Source of the DNA: a virus
Reading direction: 5' to 3' (one strand)
DNA: 64,000 nucleotides
Virus record (IMG/VR): IMGVR_UViG_3300028197_001695
Location: 32,001 to 96,000 of that record
Shown here: one piece after another, positions 1-10,026 of the stretch
How positions within the stretch are numbered: position 1 is the first letter of the stretch
How the letters are laid out: every line of letters begins with the position of its first letter
Program-made: the position numbers and the translations under genes
Notes under the pieces: generated by a model
The model's database searches: none
What the model saw: only the letters and a program-made list of their open reading frames with translations
Told to the model about the DNA's origin: nothing

Positions 1-461
1 CCATTCTCTATGCCTTCTGCCCAACTAGAACCGCTAGCCCAAGGTATTTGAGATACGCTAAAAATCTCACCTTTTGATGCGGCATTTAAAATAGATATCC
101 TAAATCTACCATTAGATATAGCCCTGACTGTAACAGAGAGTTTTTGTTTTAAAATATTTTCAATCCCTTGGGTGGGGTTATCACCACTATCGAAACCAAT
201 GAATGCAAAAAGGTTCCCGTAACCACCCAGAGTGCCAGAGCTATTTGAAGCATTTGCGCCAGCTTGAACTTCTTTTGTAACAGGGTGATTGTAAAAATCT
301 CTAACCAACTCTCGCTGCGCTTTTTCAATGATAGGAAGAACATAACTTCTTACTTCTCTCCCAGTAACCTTGCCATTTCGACCACCAGTTACCTCATTTA
401 AAAGAGCGGCTTTATTTATAGTTACTTTAAACTTAGTTGCTGATATGAATGCTTTGGACAT
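1..461 (-). CDS. Virion morphogenesis protein (possible tail-completion/neck protein), cut by left window edge
   Basis: Not in the ORF track. Open frame from ATG at 461 (TAATG overlap with upstream stop) to the edge: MSKAFISATKFKVTINKAALL...GNLFAFIGF...IPWASGSSWAEGIE. Function inferred from position after neck genes. Confidence 0.6.
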   Translation of the reverse strand, partial: MSKAFISATKFKVTINKAALLNEVTGGRNGKVTGREVRSYVLPIIEKAQRELVRDFYNHPVTKEVQAGANASNSSGTLGGYGNLFAFIGFDSGDNPTQGIENILKQKLSVTVRAISNGRFRISILNAASKGEIFSVSQIPWASGSSWAEGIEN

Positions 462-910
462 TAGTTTTCTCGTTTAAGGAATACAGTATAGTATTGAGTC
501 GAGAATGGTCCCACATTTTTAGCATCAGTATCTACAGAGAATAAAACATCATCAATTTCAATCCTACTAGAATCTTTTACCTTATCGTAACCATCTGAAT
601 CAACTTTGATTCTCACCTTCCCATGAGAAGCAGTTAAATTAAATTGCGCTCCACCATCTACTAAAGACTCACCCTGATTTGGTGCGTAGCTGACCCTAGC
701 TTGCACCGTGTGCTTCACTAGCGTAGTTTGTGAACTCAACCTAGAGTCGTCCTTAGTTCGACCGTACAGTGGATTGTAGTTTAAATTAGAGGGTCTTGTG
801 GCGACCTTCTTTTCAATATAAACATAAATATCTCTAGCGAAGGTATCATGAACTTCACTTAAAGCACTTTGGATTGCCGCTTTTTGAGCTGATGTAATTA
901 ATGAAGCCAT
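461..910 (-). CDS. Putative head-closure/neck protein
   Basis: 149 aa, coupled to neighbours, downstream of capsid and adaptor; size and beta-rich pattern fit head-closure proteins. Positional inference. Confidence 0.5.
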   Translation of the reverse strand: MASLITSAQKAAIQSALSEVHDTFARDIYVYIEKKVATRPSNLNYNPLYGRTKDDSRLSSQTTLVKHTVQARVSYAPNQGESLVDGGAQFNLTASHGKVRIKVDSDGYDKVKDSSRIEIDDVLFSVDTDAKNVGPFSTQYYTVFLKREN

Positions 911-1431
911 TAAAAGGATCTGTAGGAACTTGTTGGTTGATAGGAGTCAATACTGTCAATGGGGGTGACCCCGTCTCGACCGAAGACTTGAAGTGGAGAA
1001 GACTTGTATTGATTGTATTTGCCAACTAAGTCATTCAAGCGATCAGTAGCATCCACCTTCAAATCTCTAAAGGTTTTAGCAACAGAGTTTTTGTTTTGCC
1101 TTTGGATAGTTGTATCTCCCTCTTTTAAAGTAATCCAATCCGTATCTCCTCCATAAGTAAATCCGCGCAGAGAGTCTCTAGCTGCCTTCTCGTAGTAGTG
1201 GATCTCATAAAGGGTTGAGAAAATATTTTCTTCAATTGGCAATAAACCAGAACTAGTGTCAATCTCTATAGCTCCAGTATCATTAACATAAAATTCTTCA
1301 TTGGTAAGTCCATTAAGCTCACCAATATTAACCTCAAGCCAACCAGAAACATAAGACACAGGAAATCTCTGCCTATCTTCTGAAAACTCGTAATTTACTA
1401 TTTTTGTTGCTAGTGAGCCAAGATCGTTCAT
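910..1431 (-). CDS. Putative head-tail adaptor
   Basis: 173 aa, helical, after capsid module; SIKEGD-like segment (TLKEGDTTIQR) typical of adaptor proteins. Confidence 0.5.
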   Translation of the reverse strand: MNDLGSLATKIVNYEFSEDRQRFPVSYVSGWLEVNIGELNGLTNEEFYVNDTGAIEIDTSSGLLPIEENIFSTLYEIHYYEKAARDSLRGFTYGGDTDWITLKEGDTTIQRQNKNSVAKTFRDLKVDATDRLNDLVGKYNQYKSSPLQVFGRDGVTPIDSIDSYQPTSSYRSF

Positions 1432-1468
1432 TAAATAATCTTACAGCAAAACTAGCCTTTAGGGAACT

Positions 1469-1852
1469 CTACAGCTCAAACAGCTTCTTTACTTCATCGT
1501 AATTTTCAGCCTTTGGATCAATAGCAGGTTCTGCTTGCCCAGCCACTGTTACGTTATTTTGTTGAACGTAAATATCAAATGACTTAAGTAAATTCTTTTT
1601 TAATACTGACGGAGTGTCGATAGAGGAAGCTGGCAAACCAACCCTCTGAGCAAGAGTTGTCATTTCTCCTACAGACATGCTGCCAAGGTTGCTAGCGAAA
1701 ACATCCTTGTTATTCGTACCATATGGATTAACATCCTTAATACCCAAAAGATCTTCTAGTTCTTTTGTTTTTCGAATCTTATCTTCTCGCTCAGAACGTT
1801 CTTTACCATCAATAACATTGAACTCTTCTAAAAATTCCTTCTTATTAGCCAT
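1469..1852 (-). CDS. Hypothetical late protein
   Basis: 127 aa between capsid and adaptor; own GTGTAA motif at 1869-1874. Confidence 0.6.
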   Translation of the reverse strand: MANKKEFLEEFNVIDGKERSEREDKIRKTKELEDLLGIKDVNPYGTNNKDVFASNLGSMSVGEMTTLAQRVGLPASSIDTPSVLKKNLLKSFDIYVQQNNVTVAGQAEPAIDPKAENYDEVKKLFEL

Positions 1853-1884
1853 ATCTTATCATAATAGATTACACTAAAAAAATC

Positions 1885-1917
1885 AAAAAAAAAGAGTCGC
1901 CCCGTAGGGCGACCCTT
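1885..1917 (-). terminator. Intrinsic terminator after major capsid gene
   Basis: Minus strand: GGGTCGCCC-TACG-GGGCGACTC followed by a T-tract. Confidence 0.8.
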
Positions 1918-1935
1918 AAATTTAGGAAACCTCGA

Positions 1936-3039
1936 TTAGAGGATGATTCCACAAAGAGCACGGTCGTCAATACAGACGCGACCCTCTTCGACTTTACCGT
2001 AGTAACCAATCTTGTTCTGACGGACGGAGAACTGGTCATCAACGAGAACGTTGAGTTCACCAGTAGAACCTTCATCAAGAACGACAGGACGGAGAAGAGC
2101 GTCACGAGAACGATCAACACCGATAAGGATCTGTTCAGAAGCTTCAGTGAAGCTCACGCCACCCTTAACCGCATCAAAGATCTTATTGAAACGCTGTCCA
2201 CTACCCAACTCAAGAACCTCAATGATATTAATACCATAGAAGCTTGGAAGTCCTGCACCACTGTAAAGCTGAGAACGAAGTTCTTCAGGAGCAGCAATGC
2301 TAGTCTTAAGAGCTGAAGACATAGGAGCAGCAGCAGTGTTAATTGGGTTGTATGCCATAGCACGGATATCTGCGATAACTTCAGGAGAAACTAAAAGATC
2401 AGTAACTCCAGCTTTGCTACCACCAACAGGAGTACCACCAACAAAAGAGCTGTTGATACGCTTAGAGGTTGTAATAAGCTGATTCAAGTCATCAAGGACA
2501 AGGCTAGTGCCAGCAGCAGCGATGATATGATCACCAGCAGCAGCAGTTAAGCTATCTCCAGCAACAAGAGCGGAAGCGAGCACGTTAAATGCGGTGCGCT
2601 CCTGCTTAAGCATAACTTCCTGAGCCATACGAGTGAAGGTTTTGGAGACAACGTCAACGCGAGCCTTCTTAGCATACTTACGGTCGAAAGCGAGTGCGCT
2701 ATCAAGAGTGTAAGTGCTAAACTTCAGCTCGTTATGAGCAGGAAAGACTTGGTTGTAAGGAAGTCCACCAGCAACTTGCTGGGAGTAAACCTGAACATAA
2801 TCTTCATCAGTTACATCGTGGAAGAGATCGAGAGGAAGGGAAGGATTATCATCAGCCTGATAAGTCAGAGTGGTGAAAAGATTTCCAACGGTCACAGCGT
2901 TGTTGATAACTTCAGTGACCACAGGTCCGAGAAGTTCTGCAACAGCGGCCTGAGCCTCGTAAGCCTCCTCACGATTATTCGAACCCATTGCGCGAACAAG
3001 GGCTAACTGATCTTCAGTTTTTTTAATAGTAATTTTCAT
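1936..3039 (-). CDS. Major capsid protein
   Basis: 367 aa after portal, protease and decoration genes; followed by a strong terminator; biased codon use (CTT/CTC, ATC) suggests high expression; C-terminal GYYGKVEEGRVCID typical of HK97-fold capsids. Confidence 0.8.
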   Translation of the reverse strand: MKITIKKTEDQLALVRAMGSNNREEAYEAQAAVAELLGPVVTEVINNAVTVGNLFTTLTYQADDNPSLPLDLFHDVTDEDYVQVYSQQVAGGLPYNQVFPAHNELKFSTYTLDSALAFDRKYAKKARVDVVSKTFTRMAQEVMLKQERTAFNVLASALVAGDSLTAAAGDHIIAAAGTSLVLDDLNQLITTSKRINSSFVGGTPVGGSKAGVTDLLVSPEVIADIRAMAYNPINTAAAPMSSALKTSIAAPEELRSQLYSGAGLPSFYGINIIEVLELGSGQRFNKIFDAVKGGVSFTEASEQILIGVDRSRDALLRPVVLDEGSTGELNVLVDDQFSVRQNKIGYYGKVEEGRVCIDDRALCGIIL

Positions 3040-3054
3040 AATCTGTGAGTAAAA

Positions 3055-3633
3055 TTAGAAGTTAATGCTGACAATTGCGTATTCTCCTGCGTGGGTATCA
3101 CCAGCAGCACGAGTTCCAGTAGCAAGGACTTTACCGACAACAGTGTCAGCGGCAACAGCAGTAGCAAGCGTACCACCAGCACGAACTCCAAGCTCCGTAT
3201 TAGGAGCAGGAACAAGTGAGCCAGAGAAAGCTCCTTCCATAAAGGTAAATACACCCTTAGTAGCTACAGGAACAGATTCTCCAGAGAGAACGCACTGAAG
3301 CTCTTCTTTTTTCTGAGGGTAAAAGCGAAGCTTTTCTCCATTCTCATCAGTTTCGCGAACGTCACGGACGATAATCCCGAGGGAAGCATCTCCAGAACCA
3401 GCAGCACCAATTTTAAGAGGGTTAACAGAAAGAGGGGAATAAGCATTTCCTTGAGTAGTAAGGAACGCAGATCCACCGTCTACGAGATCTACAAGATCAT
3501 CGTCAAGATTAGCAGCAGAAACCTTTACGATGGTTCCAGCTGCCTTATCGGTCCCATCGAACGCAAACATGTTGATAACATCGTTATCATCATATTGACG
3601 GAAGGGCAATAGTTTAGTAATTTCACTAGCCAT
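3055..3633 (-). CDS. Head decoration/cement protein
   Basis: 192 aa, Gly/Ala/Val-rich beta protein between protease and capsid genes. Confidence 0.65.
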   Translation of the reverse strand: MASEITKLLPFRQYDDNDVINMFAFDGTDKAAGTIVKVSAANLDDDLVDLVDGGSAFLTTQGNAYSPLSVNPLKIGAAGSGDASLGIIVRDVRETDENGEKLRFYPQKKEELQCVLSGESVPVATKGVFTFMEGAFSGSLVPAPNTELGVRAGGTLATAVAADTVVGKVLATGTRAAGDTHAGEYAIVSINF

Positions 3634-3659
3634 AATATTATATTAGTTAGAATTTTTTT

Positions 3660-5183
3660 TTAGTTTGTAACTTCTACAGAGAAGTTCTCCTTAAGTTTTT
3701 CAACCAAAGAAATTTGTTCACAGGCTTCAGCGTTATTGTTAGGCATAGAAGGAGCTTCCACCTCTTCAACTTCTAACTCATCTTCGCTAGCCTTAACTTC
3801 TTCCTGCTGCTCAGGAGCCTCCTCCGCCATCTTGGAGGCAATAGCCTCTTCGATTTTAGCTTTGACTACCTCTTCTTGAGCTGCAATAGACTCTTTGGTC
3901 TTGCTTGCAAAAAGAATAGAAAGTTTTCCTTTGAAGGTGTCGAAAGCCTCATCAGAAGCTTCAACAACCTTCAACTCATCTACGACCAACTTAAGCTCTG
4001 CTTCAGTAAGTTCGTATGTGGAGTCAATAAAGTTCATCCGAGAGTTAAATAACTCAACAGCAGCTTGAGCTTCCATCTCAGATTTGAGAGCGGAGAGTTC
4101 TGTCTGAACAGCATCAAAAGAGGCTTTCATTTCAGTCAGATCTGCTTCTACCTTCTCACGAGCTTCGGCTTCAAGTTGAACTTTAGATTTCCAGTTTTCG
4201 GAATGCTCATTCAGGGCATCACGCATAATCTCGCCAACAGAGCTGGCTTGATCGTCCTTCTTGACTACTGAAGCTACGCTTTCGGCAACTTGTGTCATTA
4301 GTGTTTCGAATTGTTCTTTATCCATATCAAAAATATCGAATTTGTTATCTGTTACAGTGGTTTTTCCTTTTAGGGAATTTTTAATAATAATATTATCTTG
4401 TTTTGCTAAAGAATTATCAACAGACTTTTCATTTTTTTGTTGTTCTGATGTATAAACTCCTTTAACCCTAGCTGCGGGTTTATATGTTAATGCGGCTCCT
4501 AAAGGATAAGTTTCACCATGTATCAGTCGATGAACTGGTGTGCCATCTTCATCTATACCTTTACCGCCAAAGCCTTTTACATATTGCTTAAGCTCCTCCT
4601 TCTTTGAACCTTCGGCAACTTCACACTCATCCAATCTATCCGATCCATAGACGACTTTATAGTTCTTAAATGCAAGCTCCCAGCTAGTAGCAATACTCTG
4701 ATATTCTTCATTCTCTTCTTTCGCGGCTGTTTCAATAGCTTCCGCTAACTCTGGAAAAATATTTTTATAAATTAAACCAGCAGCGTTAATATAAAATGGC
4801 TCCTCTTTGTTAACATATGATTCAATAGCATTATCTTTAAAATCATACTCCTCCATAGAGAAAGAAGCATTGATCATGTGGCCTACGATCTTATGCTTCT
4901 TGTGTTCAATGTTAATTGGCTTATTGATAAATCTTTTTACGGCTGCTACTGCTGTTTTAGAATCTATGCCATCACCGTTTTTGTTAAATTCGTTGACGAG
5001 GGCCAAGTTAAATACTACGGGCAATACATCTACATTCGCGGATGGGTCAAAGTCGTCAGGCAGTAAAGATTTAGCAGCTTCTGCAATAGATCCTTCTGAT
5101 ACTCCAAACTTTTCGTAATCAGCTTCTTTGAGAGCCTTGATGTTGCAATCAAAGCTACTTACCTCAAAATCTTTTAAATCCAT
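3660..5183 (-). CDS. Prohead protease with C-terminal scaffold
   Basis: N-terminal NKNGDGI...PINIEH...IVGH...TSWE motifs of phage maturation proteases; C-terminal acidic coiled coil; lies between portal and capsid. Confidence 0.75.
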   Translation of the reverse strand: MDLKDFEVSSFDCNIKALKEADYEKFGVSEGSIAEAAKSLLPDDFDPSANVDVLPVVFNLALVNEFNKNGDGIDSKTAVAAVKRFINKPINIEHKKHKIVGHMINASFSMEEYDFKDNAIESYVNKEEPFYINAAGLIYKNIFPELAEAIETAAKEENEEYQSIATSWELAFKNYKVVYGSDRLDECEVAEGSKKEELKQYVKGFGGKGIDEDGTPVHRLIHGETYPLGAALTYKPAARVKGVYTSEQQKNEKSVDNSLAKQDNIIIKNSLKGKTTVTDNKFDIFDMDKEQFETLMTQVAESVASVVKKDDQASSVGEIMRDALNEHSENWKSKVQLEAEAREKVEADLTEMKASFDAVQTELSALKSEMEAQAAVELFNSRMNFIDSTYELTEAELKLVVDELKVVEASDEAFDTFKGKLSILFASKTKESIAAQEEVVKAKIEEAIASKMAEEAPEQQEEVKASEDELEVEEVEAPSMPNNNAEACEQISLVEKLKENFSVEVTN

Positions 5184-5197
5184 AAAATGATATACAC

Positions 5198-7159
5198 TTA
5201 AATTTTAGTTGAGTGATATAAAATCGCAGAAGACATGTCATCGAGTTGATGTTTAGATCCTACATCTAGCACATCTGGAGAAACATTTAGTTCAGAAAGA
5301 TTATCTAAATTTTCCACAATGCTAGATAAAGTCTCGTCCCATTCACCTATCGGCTTAGAGACAATGATTGACTCACAAGCCTGAGAAACTAAATCTTTCC
5401 GCTCCTCGTCGAGTTCTTCTAAACCAAACTTAAGGGCAAAGTCGCGATAAGCTCTAAACTCAAATTCGCTAACCATTTGGGTGGCTTCAACAATATGTTT
5501 CTTTGAAAAGCTTGAGTTGGAAACTCCTATTGGGCGACCACCAGAAGGAGCTACAGGAGCAGCTTCGGGTTTAGCTTCTGGGGCAGATTCTTCTTCATTT
5601 TGGAAAAGGTTAATGCTATTTACTAGAGGCATGTAATAACCATCTTCCCTCTGCTCTTTAAACTTATCTTGAGCTGAAATTAATTCTTCTGCTTTGGGGA
5701 ATATTCCATTATGGACAACACTCATACCTTGTTCTGGCGTAAGAACTCCAAGTTCCATCATGCGAGTAGCAAGCTTGGTCATGTCAGAATTATCAAGAGT
5801 ATCTGTTTTAACAAACTTAACTTCTGGCCAAGAACGCATACCCGCAGCTTTGCAAATACGGCGTACCTCTGGCTGTAGGAAATCTTTAATAAATTGGCTA
5901 CGAGACTCTTCAAGACGCTGAATGAATATCTTCATCTTAAGTTGTCCATCTGCATATTTGTTATCTCCAAGGAGAACATTCTGAAGCCCTTCTTGAATGT
6001 CGCGGTTTAAAATTTCATATTTTTCCGGTCCAATTACTTTGCGAAGATCAGGAATAACAAAGTCAGCTTTTGTGGTATAATCAGATACAAGAACTCGCCC
6101 AACGCTTTGATTCTTGAAAATGTTTTGCATTGCAGCCAATGCTTTATGATTAACCCCACCCTTGTCTGGCTCTGCGCCCATCGTAACTAACAAAACAACA
6201 TTCTCAATAGAACGAGAAATGGCTTGGTCAATTTTTTTAAGTTCTAGTTTTTTATTGATGTCATCAAGGACAGAAAAAGCATATGGAACAGAAAGTGGCT
6301 CATAGTCCTGCTTCTTAGCAAACACAACATGTAATAGATCCGAAGATAATTTAATATAAAGACGCTCAGTAGTAGTGGCAGTATTATTTTGTATTCTTAC
6401 CTGAACATCTTCTGGCAAAGAGTTATACATCTCAATCTCATGGTCAGTTTTAGGGTCTTTAAGCCTAGAGATCTCATAAGGAGTAAGAACTTTAAAGTAT
6501 TGGAAGTCGTTAAAAGAAATAGAACCCTTTGTCGCAATATCAGTTGGGTTCATGATCAGATACTTGATTGGAATAGGCACACTCTTAGTCGCTCCATAAG
6601 TTTCCAAGATCCTTCCTGTATCAGCAGTTTTAATCTTACCGTCTAAACGATACATGAAGACGTTACCTGAGCGGTAGTATTCGCGGAAATATTGTGACTT
6701 AATATCGTGGATTTTAATTCTTTTAAACCAAGCGTTCACGAAGTTCCTAGCTTTTGCAGAACCCCCTTCTAAAAACAAATCAGAATCAGCGAAGTCAGAG
6801 AGCATGTCAATGGTACTTCTAAATGCTGGAACATTAAAGTAAGCCTTCTGACATAATTGAATAGCGTCACGGACATCCACAGAGTCACGAGAGTAATCAA
6901 ACGGAAGAAGTCCATCGTCGATATTTTTAAATCTATTTTTTGTATAGCTTTGAGAAATACTATTGGTTCTTGAACCTGAACGTTTTGTTGGCTCAGAAAG
7001 GCGAGAAGCAGTAGTTTCGTATAGAGACTCTCCGACTAACTCTGGAGAGAACTCCTCTGCTAAAGACTGATTAGTAATGTCTTCTAAATTGTGATTGAGG
7101 ACGGTGCTTTTAAACTTATTCCAATATTCAGACCGTTTTGTATACTTACGCTTTGCCAT
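5198..7159 (-). CDS. Portal protein
   Basis: 653 aa directly after TerL; AIQLCQKAYFNVPAFRSTIDM and VFAKKQDYEPLSVP segments resemble large-phage portals. Confidence 0.75.
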   Translation of the reverse strand: MAKRKYTKRSEYWNKFKSTVLNHNLEDITNQSLAEEFSPELVGESLYETTASRLSEPTKRSGSRTNSISQSYTKNRFKNIDDGLLPFDYSRDSVDVRDAIQLCQKAYFNVPAFRSTIDMLSDFADSDLFLEGGSAKARNFVNAWFKRIKIHDIKSQYFREYYRSGNVFMYRLDGKIKTADTGRILETYGATKSVPIPIKYLIMNPTDIATKGSISFNDFQYFKVLTPYEISRLKDPKTDHEIEMYNSLPEDVQVRIQNNTATTTERLYIKLSSDLLHVVFAKKQDYEPLSVPYAFSVLDDINKKLELKKIDQAISRSIENVVLLVTMGAEPDKGGVNHKALAAMQNIFKNQSVGRVLVSDYTTKADFVIPDLRKVIGPEKYEILNRDIQEGLQNVLLGDNKYADGQLKMKIFIQRLEESRSQFIKDFLQPEVRRICKAAGMRSWPEVKFVKTDTLDNSDMTKLATRMMELGVLTPEQGMSVVHNGIFPKAEELISAQDKFKEQREDGYYMPLVNSINLFQNEEESAPEAKPEAAPVAPSGGRPIGVSNSSFSKKHIVEATQMVSEFEFRAYRDFALKFGLEELDEERKDLVSQACESIIVSKPIGEWDETLSSIVENLDNLSELNVSPDVLDVGSKHQLDDMSSAILYHSTKI

Positions 7160-7170
7160 GCTAACAATTG

Positions 7171-7176
7171 TTACAC
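7171..7176 (-). promoter_or_regulatory. GTGTAA putative late promoter (representative copy)
   Basis: GTGTAW also lies shortly upstream of start codons at 1869, 5192, 12819, 20525, 29513, 31434, 32376, 33200, 35323, 39064, 56810, 58728, 60871, 61209, 61230, 63857. Confidence 0.7.
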
Positions 7177-7205
7177 TAAAGTTATAAAAGTTACTTTATA
7201 ACTTT

Positions 7206-9110
7206 TCAAATAGTAAACGGTATAAATGTAGCGGTAGGTTTTTTCTCAGGTTTAATATGCAGAGAGTCGAAATAAACTTTGGCGAACCAATTCCCCAGAA
7301 TCAAAGCAGAATAAGAGTCTTTACGTGCTCTATTCGGTCCTTTTTGTCTTCGGATGTTTTGGGGTAGGTTAAATGACTGCGAACCTTGGGGGTTTGTAGT
7401 AACCTCAATGTTAGCACATTCTGACTTTGTAAGTTCAATGTTACTTTTTTGTTGATCAAGAAGGTCGATCATTTTTGCTCCTCTAGAAGTGGCTGTAATT
7501 TTATTATCCCACTTTATTTCATCAATAGGTAAATTCTTTTTCCTTTGCTGGTCGAAGTGATCGTCCACCGCTCTGGAAGCAAACAGTATTCTTTTATGAT
7601 CTATAGCTGCTTGTAACATCTCATTACCACTTCGAATCCAGTTAACTGTAGGTTTTCTTAAGATGCAGTATTTTCTTTCTTTCTGATTATATTGGTTCTT
7701 AAAACTAAGTATATCGTTATGCCATTGATCAGGTTTTTCCAAGTCTACTTCTATAACACCGATATCAACCTTCGCTGTTTTAAACAATTGGCTCTCATTA
7801 CAAGAATTGATGAATTGGACTCCTCCGTTATAGTCACCACATATCCCAACGATGTTAAAAGATTCTATAAGGTACAAGAAATACTTCATATGGTCTTTTA
7901 AGGACACTCCAGCCAAAGCGTAGCTATGGACAAGGCAAACCTTCTGTTCGTCCCTCAGAACCTTAAATACGTGCATAGCGAAGTGGTCAGCACTTGTGTT
8001 GCCAGCCCAGTTAGGGTCAAAAGCAAGCAAGTAGTCATCGCTTGGGTTCCCTACAACTTCAACAGCAGGAAATTCTCCATCAGCAATAGTGCAAGCTGCC
8101 ATCTTAGATAATCTAAAGTAACCGTCACTCTCGTCTACAAATTGAGCACCAAACTCTCGTTTGAACTGCATTTCGGACATAGTTTCTTTCGCTTGTTTGA
8201 GTAGGTTTTGATCGTACAATCTAGTAGGAGCACAATCATAACTTAATTGCATTATTAATCTATAAGCATCATCAGCAGCTTGCTCTTCATCATCATCATC
8301 ATCATGTCTATTTAAATCAAATTCTCCAAGAATAAGCCCCTCATACTTCTTGTAGAGCTTAAACATATACTCAAATTTGAAGGATGGAGATGAAAGTATT
8401 ATAAGTTTGTTATTGGGCCATACATACCTCTCATTCTCTTTCAGCTCGCCTTTGTCGATTAGGCGGGATTCTAGTTTATGTAGTTCCTCCCTTTCAATTG
8501 GATTTTCCACCACGCCAAGGAATGGAATAATAACTTCATTAAATATCTTTTCTGGTATTGTTAAGAACTCATCCAACACTATCCTATTAAATCGAAATCC
8601 ACGTAATCGTTCTCCGTTAGCTAACGGAAGGGCTATCGCGCGGCTATTACCAATTCTGAGGGTCCACTGGTCAGTTCCTTTCGTGATTTTCACCCCGCAT
8701 TCTTTTACAAGCTTTGCCTCTGGCTTGCTAAGGATGTCTTCCATCTTCTGGAAGATTTGTTTTGATTGCCTAAAGCTACCTGCAATAACACCAATATTAG
8801 CATTGGGATTCAGTAGACATTCAAGTAGTACATAAATAGCTGTAGAGAAAGTCTTCGACATACCCCGTGAGAATACGAACATCGAATAGTCCGATACCAT
8901 CATCCCCTTAATGGCCATAGCCTGAAATGGGAATAACTTTACTCCTAAAAATAACTCAGTGGTAAATGCAATATTAGCCCTTAAGAATTTATACAATAAA
9001 TACTTTGCTTCCTCGTCAGGCAAGTCGCCTTCAAGTGTTTTTAAATAATTATTAAATTCCGTAGCGGAGTAATCATTTCGATACCGCTGTTTTCCTTTCT
9101 GCCATGCCAT
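7206..9110 (-). CDS. terL: Terminase large subunit
   Basis: Q-motif (LFPFQ), Walker A variant SRGMSKT, Walker B RIVLDE, coupling motif LSSP, RNase H-like nuclease LAFDP...D and C-terminal RKDSYSA. Confidence 0.9.
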   Translation of the reverse strand: MAWQKGKQRYRNDYSATEFNNYLKTLEGDLPDEEAKYLLYKFLRANIAFTTELFLGVKLFPFQAMAIKGMMVSDYSMFVFSRGMSKTFSTAIYVLLECLLNPNANIGVIAGSFRQSKQIFQKMEDILSKPEAKLVKECGVKITKGTDQWTLRIGNSRAIALPLANGERLRGFRFNRIVLDEFLTIPEKIFNEVIIPFLGVVENPIEREELHKLESRLIDKGELKENERYVWPNNKLIILSSPSFKFEYMFKLYKKYEGLILGEFDLNRHDDDDDEEQAADDAYRLIMQLSYDCAPTRLYDQNLLKQAKETMSEMQFKREFGAQFVDESDGYFRLSKMAACTIADGEFPAVEVVGNPSDDYLLAFDPNWAGNTSADHFAMHVFKVLRDEQKVCLVHSYALAGVSLKDHMKYFLYLIESFNIVGICGDYNGGVQFINSCNESQLFKTAKVDIGVIEVDLEKPDQWHNDILSFKNQYNQKERKYCILRKPTVNWIRSGNEMLQAAIDHKRILFASRAVDDHFDQQRKKNLPIDEIKWDNKITATSRGAKMIDLLDQQKSNIELTKSECANIEVTTNPQGSQSFNLPQNIRRQKGPNRARKDSYSALILGNWFAKVYFDSLHIKPEKKPTATFIPFTI

Positions 9111-10026
9111 GAACTTTTTTTTCTAAATGATATTGAACGTCAACGTGCCAAAGACTCTGCCCGTGATATAGTATTTTAGGTATAATCTTCTTCGCCCCCG
9201 CTCTTGAGTAAGCAAAAACAAACTGTATGTTTTCTGGGTAGTCTATCATAAGACTACGGACGTTGTGCCACAAGTAACCTAAGTTCGATTTAAACTTCGA
9301 TACTTTGTTGTCTTCTTCGATTTTCCCAATAGATGACTCGACAACAATGAACATGTAAGAATTAAACTTGACACAACGATCCATTTCACGCCTGAATCTT
9401 TCAATATCTTTTCCGAAAGTTTGTCTAAAATCATCTTGAGCTTTTCTATCTACAAAGGTTTTTGAATAATATTCTCCTGCTGCGGTGTAATCACCGAAGT
9501 CTAACTTGTTCTTCATACTATTATCGAAGTTAAGAGGCTTTTGTTCTCTAGTATCGACAAATATTTGCATATCTTTATTTTCTTGCTCCCAGAAGTTCTT
9601 GGGTAAATTTTTGGTGAACCAAGATTTTATGCCCAAGTCCTCAGAGAACTCAGAGTAAGATGTCCACATTTTTCGATAGTAATCGATGTTAGGCATTTGA
9701 GCCAACATATAGTATAAATCTGGTGGGGTAAACTTAACATCTTTCTTCTCAAACCTTTCGCGGATATATTTGATTAAGTAATTTTTTGCTTTGATAGGAG
9801 AAGTCGTTTTCAGCCAAGATAAATAATTATCTACATTGTTAAAATCTTCTGAGAAGTATTGGTCATAGTTTTTGAACTGTAACAATTCTTTTGTGTAAAG
9901 ATCTCTTTTGGCATAATGCTCCACATAATACTCCCCAATAGAAGTACTATGCGCTTTAAGATGGGCATGGAAGCTTCTGCGATTATCAAAAGGCTTCCCA
10001 CACACTCTGCAAACAAATTCACTCAT
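9073..10026 (-). CDS. C2H2 zinc finger plus ERCC4/XPF-family nuclease
   Basis: N-terminal CxxC-x12-HxxxH; C-terminal IFVDTREQKP...GDY...VDRKAQDDF...ERF matches the ERCC4 motif GDxnERKxxxD with E to D. Confidence 0.75.
   Translation of the reverse strand: MSEFVCRVCGKPFDNRRSFHAHLKAHSTSIGEYYVEHYAKRDLYTKELLQFKNYDQYFSEDFNNVDNYLSWLKTTSPIKAKNYLIKYIRERFEKKDVKFTPPDLYYMLAQMPNIDYYRKMWTSYSEFSEDLGIKSWFTKNLPKNFWEQENKDMQIFVDTREQKPLNFDNSMKNKLDFGDYTAAGEYYSKTFVDRKAQDDFRQTFGKDIERFRREMDRCVKFNSYMFIVVESSIGKIEEDNKVSKFKSNLGYLWHNVRSLMIDYPENIQFVFAYSRAGAKKIIPKILYHGQSLWHVDVQYHLEKKVHGMAERKTAVSK

Noticed and set aside
8270-8320. Acidic insert in TerL as an intein or intron
   Set aside because: It is only a short low-complexity HDDDDDEEQ loop with no splicing motifs, and the frame is intact.
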